Assembly (NCBI GenBank): GCA_016839765.1
Contig: JAEOTP010000062.1
Span: forward strand, 1-10,086
Source of the DNA: Promethearchaeota archaeon
GTDB lineage: Archaea > Asgardarchaeota > Lokiarchaeia > Sigyniarchaeales > SOKP01
Length of the DNA stretch: 10,086 nucleotides
Reading direction: 5' to 3'
Position numbers and translations under genes: made by a program. Positions 7,186-10,086 of the stretch are shown piece after piece; the first letter of the stretch is position 1; every line of letters starts with the position of its first letter. The notes under the pieces are model-generated. The model saw only the letters and a program-made list of their open reading frames with translations, ran no database searches and had not been told where the DNA came from.

Positions 7186-7890
7186 ATGGTAATGAATATT
7201 CAAGAGTTTTTGAAGGATAAACTCGAAACTAATCAAACTGTTCTCACAGAATTTGAATCTAAGGAATTGTTAAAGCAAATAGGTATTCCAATTCCAAATC
7301 ATCGGTTAAGCTCTTCTAAAGAAGAAACTATCTCTGCCGCAAAAGACATTGGATTTCCTTTAGTTTTAAAATTAATAGCGGAAGATATCGTACATAAATC
7401 TGATACTGGAGCTGTTATACTTAATATAAAAACTGAAACGGAAGTAGTAAAAGCTTTCGATGAATTAATGCAAATTCCTTCTCAAAAGGAAAAAATGATT
7501 TCAGTACAAAAGATGGCAGACGAGCCTATTACAGAATTGATAATAGGCATGACTACGGATGCTCAATTTGGTCCAGCATTAATGTTTGGGATTGGTGGTA
7601 TATTGGTAGAGCTATTGGAAGATGTAAGTTTTCGGATTGCGCCTATTACGGAATATGATGCTAAAGAAATGATACATGAAATTAAAGGATTCCCAATTTT
7701 AGATGGGTATCGTGGAAAACCAAAAGCGGATTTGAATGCTATAGTTGAAACTTTATTAAAAATATCTGAGCTTGTTACAAAACATGAAGAAATAAACGAG
7801 ATGGATTTAAACCCGGTATTCATCTATGATAAAGGATTAATTTGTGTAGATGCTAGAATTATTTTAAGGAAACCAGACACCGAAGAGTAA
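7186..7890 (+). CDS. acdB: Acetate/acyl-CoA ligase (ADP-forming) beta subunit, ATP-grasp domain
   Basis: Motifs LTEFESKELL, IGFPLVLK, DIVHKSDTGAV (conserved beta-subunit His), VQKM, ELIIGM..DAQFGPALMFGIGGILVELLEDVSFR, LDGYRG, EMDLNPV, VDARI. Confidence 0.93.
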   Translation: MVMNIQEFLKDKLETNQTVLTEFESKELLKQIGIPIPNHRLSSSKEETISAAKDIGFPLVLKLIAEDIVHKSDTGAVILNIKTETEVVKAFDELMQIPSQKEKMISVQKMADEPITELIIGMTTDAQFGPALMFGIGGILVELLEDVSFRIAPITEYDAKEMIHEIKGFPILDGYRGKPKADLNAIVETLLKISELVTKHEEINEMDLNPVFIYDKGLICVDARIILRKPDTEE

Positions 7891-8117
7891 AAACTATTTA
7901 CTTTAATATTTATCATACTAGACTCATTTTTTCATTAACTTATATTTACAAATTTGTAATTTTAAATTGTAGAAAATTAACTAAAATAATATCCTAAAGA
8001 TATATTCAATAATAAAATATGTAAATATAAGAAATTTTAAATTGATCTTGCACGATTATAAATTTAATATTTATAGTTTGCGCTAAACTAAAAATTAGTA
8101 ATTAACATTTGATAAGC

Positions 8118-10086
8118 ATGAAAAAATCTAATTTTAAAAAAACCAAAAGTATAATATTACTCCTTATTTTATCTTTTGGAATGGTTTTATCAACTTTAGG
8201 GGATAATTTTCTAATTTCAAGTTCAAAACATAAGATAAACAATGAGGATGTAAATAATTATGATCCTATAACTTACAATGAACCATCTTTAAAATCATCA
8301 GAACCGGTTAATTTTGATGGATCTGCTAAAAAAGTGAATGTTGTATTGCACCAATCTTATTTAAATAATTCATTTAATAAAGCCTTAAATAATTCTAATA
8401 CAAATGATAATAAATTCACATTACCTTGTCCAAAAGATACTTATTTCAATACTAGTTATGTAAAATTTGAAATCGAAGATATAATTGCTCCAAATAAGAC
8501 TATAGAAATTGAAGCAGGTGCCACATATAAAGAACCTATGTTTTTTGGTGACCTCCATGCTTTTTCATTTATAGCATTGAATTCATGTATTTTACATAAT
8601 TTATCTCTTTGTTTTTCTGAAATAAATTTAGGATTAGCCGAAGTTAAAATAAGAATTTATAGTGCTGTATATGATGGCACAGAAGAAGTAATGAAGCCAT
8701 CTACAAATTTAAATCTTATTGATATTACACAATCAATACCTCAAGCTACTGATACAATATGGTATAATTTTACTATTAATACATATTTAGACGTTTCCAC
8801 CACTAACAATAACACATTTTTTATTGTATTATATAATTCAGATCCTGCAGGTGGTAGAGCCCAATATCACTATGAAGATGATGCTGATGGAACAGATAAC
8901 TCTGAAACCTGGCATTATACAGGGGGAACTTGGAGTATACATTATGAAAGAGATATTTCTTCAAATCTTATTTTAGGATTTAATGATAATACTCCCAGCC
9001 CAGAAGAAATTAATTTAAGAATAAATAATAAAACTGTAAATAATAATATAGGTAACACTGGAATTTGGGAATCTATTGATGAAGAGAGTAGTATTTCTGG
9101 TCATTTAGAATATAATCTTACAGCTAATTGGTGGAATGTTACCTGCACTACATCTAAGGTTCAAATCAATTATACTAAATCTAATATATTGGCTAATTCT
9201 TATTTTGATATCATTAAAAGTGGAGACTATGTCCAATGGAATGTCTCATCGAGTGGATTGAATTATTTTGATGATAGAATCACACACTATAATACAATTA
9301 ACTTTTCTATTCCAAAAACTTGGAATAGTACTACAATAAAAGTATTTAATAATACAAATGAATGGTTAAGCTCAAATATTAATAAAAATTTTATAAGGAA
9401 TGATTATCGCTATGTTCAAATCTTAAATGCAGGAAACGGTACTAATTGGTATTTAACAGCAAACTCAACAAATTTAATCTCTTCAATAAAAACTTATGTA
9501 GGAGGCATTGCTACAACATTAGCTAATTTTTCAAATATTATTGAGTTTAATGCTTCTTTCAGTGAATTCATAAACGATGGTATGATTAACTTAAGTGTAT
9601 ATAGCCCAATAACTAGGCATTTGAACCACACAAATACAGTTAGCATAACTTCAGTTAATGCGGGCTCAGAAATTTTTGTATATAATTGGGATATTTCTAA
9701 TGATGCAAATCAGTATGGCATTTTTAAAGCTCAAATGTTTTGGAATAATGATAGTGCAGCAGGATTTATAGATTCATACTTTACTATTGTAGGGGATACA
9801 TTTCTAAATATTTTGAACCCTCCTGAAAATTATATATTCCTTAAAGGGCAACTATTTAATATAACTATAGAATATAATGATACAAGACTAAGTGAAGGAA
9901 TTATTGATGCAGAAGTTGGATATAGTCTTGATGGTGGTATTAGCTACAATTATACGGCAGTTCATTACATTGGAAATGGAGAATATAATTTAACTGTAAG
10001 GGTTGCTGACCCTGACTTTCCAACCTATGGATTTGTAGATGTTATGATCTCAGCTTCAGAAACTTATTATGTAAATCAAACAGATA
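8118..10086 (+). CDS. Large secreted/cell-surface glycoprotein with Ig-like beta-sandwich domains (partial, runs off the right edge)
   Basis: ATG8118, open for 656 codons to the window end by manual translation. Signal-like MKKSNFKKTKSIILLLILSFGMVLSTLG, N/D-rich linker ending PSLKSS, about 27 N-x-S/T sequons, and a C-terminal unit FNITIEYND...GIIDAEV...GNGEYNLTV...ISASETYY. Absent from the ORF track because there is no stop. Confidence 0.9.
   Translation, partial: MKKSNFKKTKSIILLLILSFGMVLSTLGDNFLISSSKHKINNEDVNNYDPITYNEPSLKSSEPVNFDGSAKKVNVVLHQSYLNNSFNKALNNSNTNDNKFTLPCPKDTYFNTSYVKFEIEDIIAPNKTIEIEAGATYKEPMFFGDLHAFSFIALNSCILHNLSLCFSEINLGLAEVKIRIYSAVYDGTEEVMKPSTNLNLIDITQSIPQATDTIWYNFTINTYLDVSTTNNNTFFIVLYNSDPAGGRAQYHYEDDADGTDNSETWHYTGGTWSIHYERDISSNLILGFNDNTPSPEEINLRINNKTVNNNIGNTGIWESIDEESSISGHLEYNLTANWWNVTCTTSKVQINYTKSNILANSYFDIIKSGDYVQWNVSSSGLNYFDDRITHYNTINFSIPKTWNSTTIKVFNNTNEWLSSNINKNFIRNDYRYVQILNAGNGTNWYLTANSTNLISSIKTYVGGIATTLANFSNIIEFNASFSEFINDGMINLSVYSPITRHLNHTNTVSITSVNAGSEIFVYNWDISNDANQYGIFKAQMFWNNDSAAGFIDSYFTIVGDTFLNILNPPENYIFLKGQLFNITIEYNDTRLSEGIIDAEVGYSLDGGISYNYTAVHYIGNGEYNLTVRVADPDFPTYGFVDVMISASETYYVNQTD

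Noticed and set aside
6712-7823. Short antisense ORFs 6712-6954 and 7563-7823
   Set aside because: Opposite strand of confidently assigned genes.
1-10086. CRISPR arrays, tRNA/rRNA genes, transposases, integrases
   Set aside because: No regularly spaced repeats, no tRNA-length GC-rich structured segments, and no recombinase or transposase motifs were seen by eye.

Overview
Very AT-rich archaeal DNA, most likely from an Asgard archaeon (Lokiarchaeia/Promethearchaeota-like). This is inferred from a Roadblock-Rab-like GTPase fusion, a sequon-rich giant surface protein and archaeal-type ACD/Isf genes. In order, the window holds: the 5' end of a minus-strand gene; an iron-sulfur flavoprotein; a three-gene operon of unknown membrane proteins (one LEA_2/Ig-like); a small HesB/IscA-like gene; a SERCA-like P2A Ca2+-ATPase; a Roadblock/LC7 plus Rab-like small GTPase fusion; a stand-alone ADP-forming acyl-CoA synthetase beta subunit; and the first ~656 codons of a large secreted glycoprotein missing from the ORF track. 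The most interesting signal is the HesB-like gene. Its frame stays open for 41 codons upstream of the called ORF across an in-frame UGA (2794-2792), which sits where HesB/IscA proteins carry their first Cys/Sec. A GC-rich GUGA..AA..GA stem-loop resembling a eukaryote-type SECIS lies in its 3' UTR, so it is a candidate unannotated Asgard selenoprotein. Caveats: there is no canonical in-frame start codon and the hairpin's upper helix is weak.
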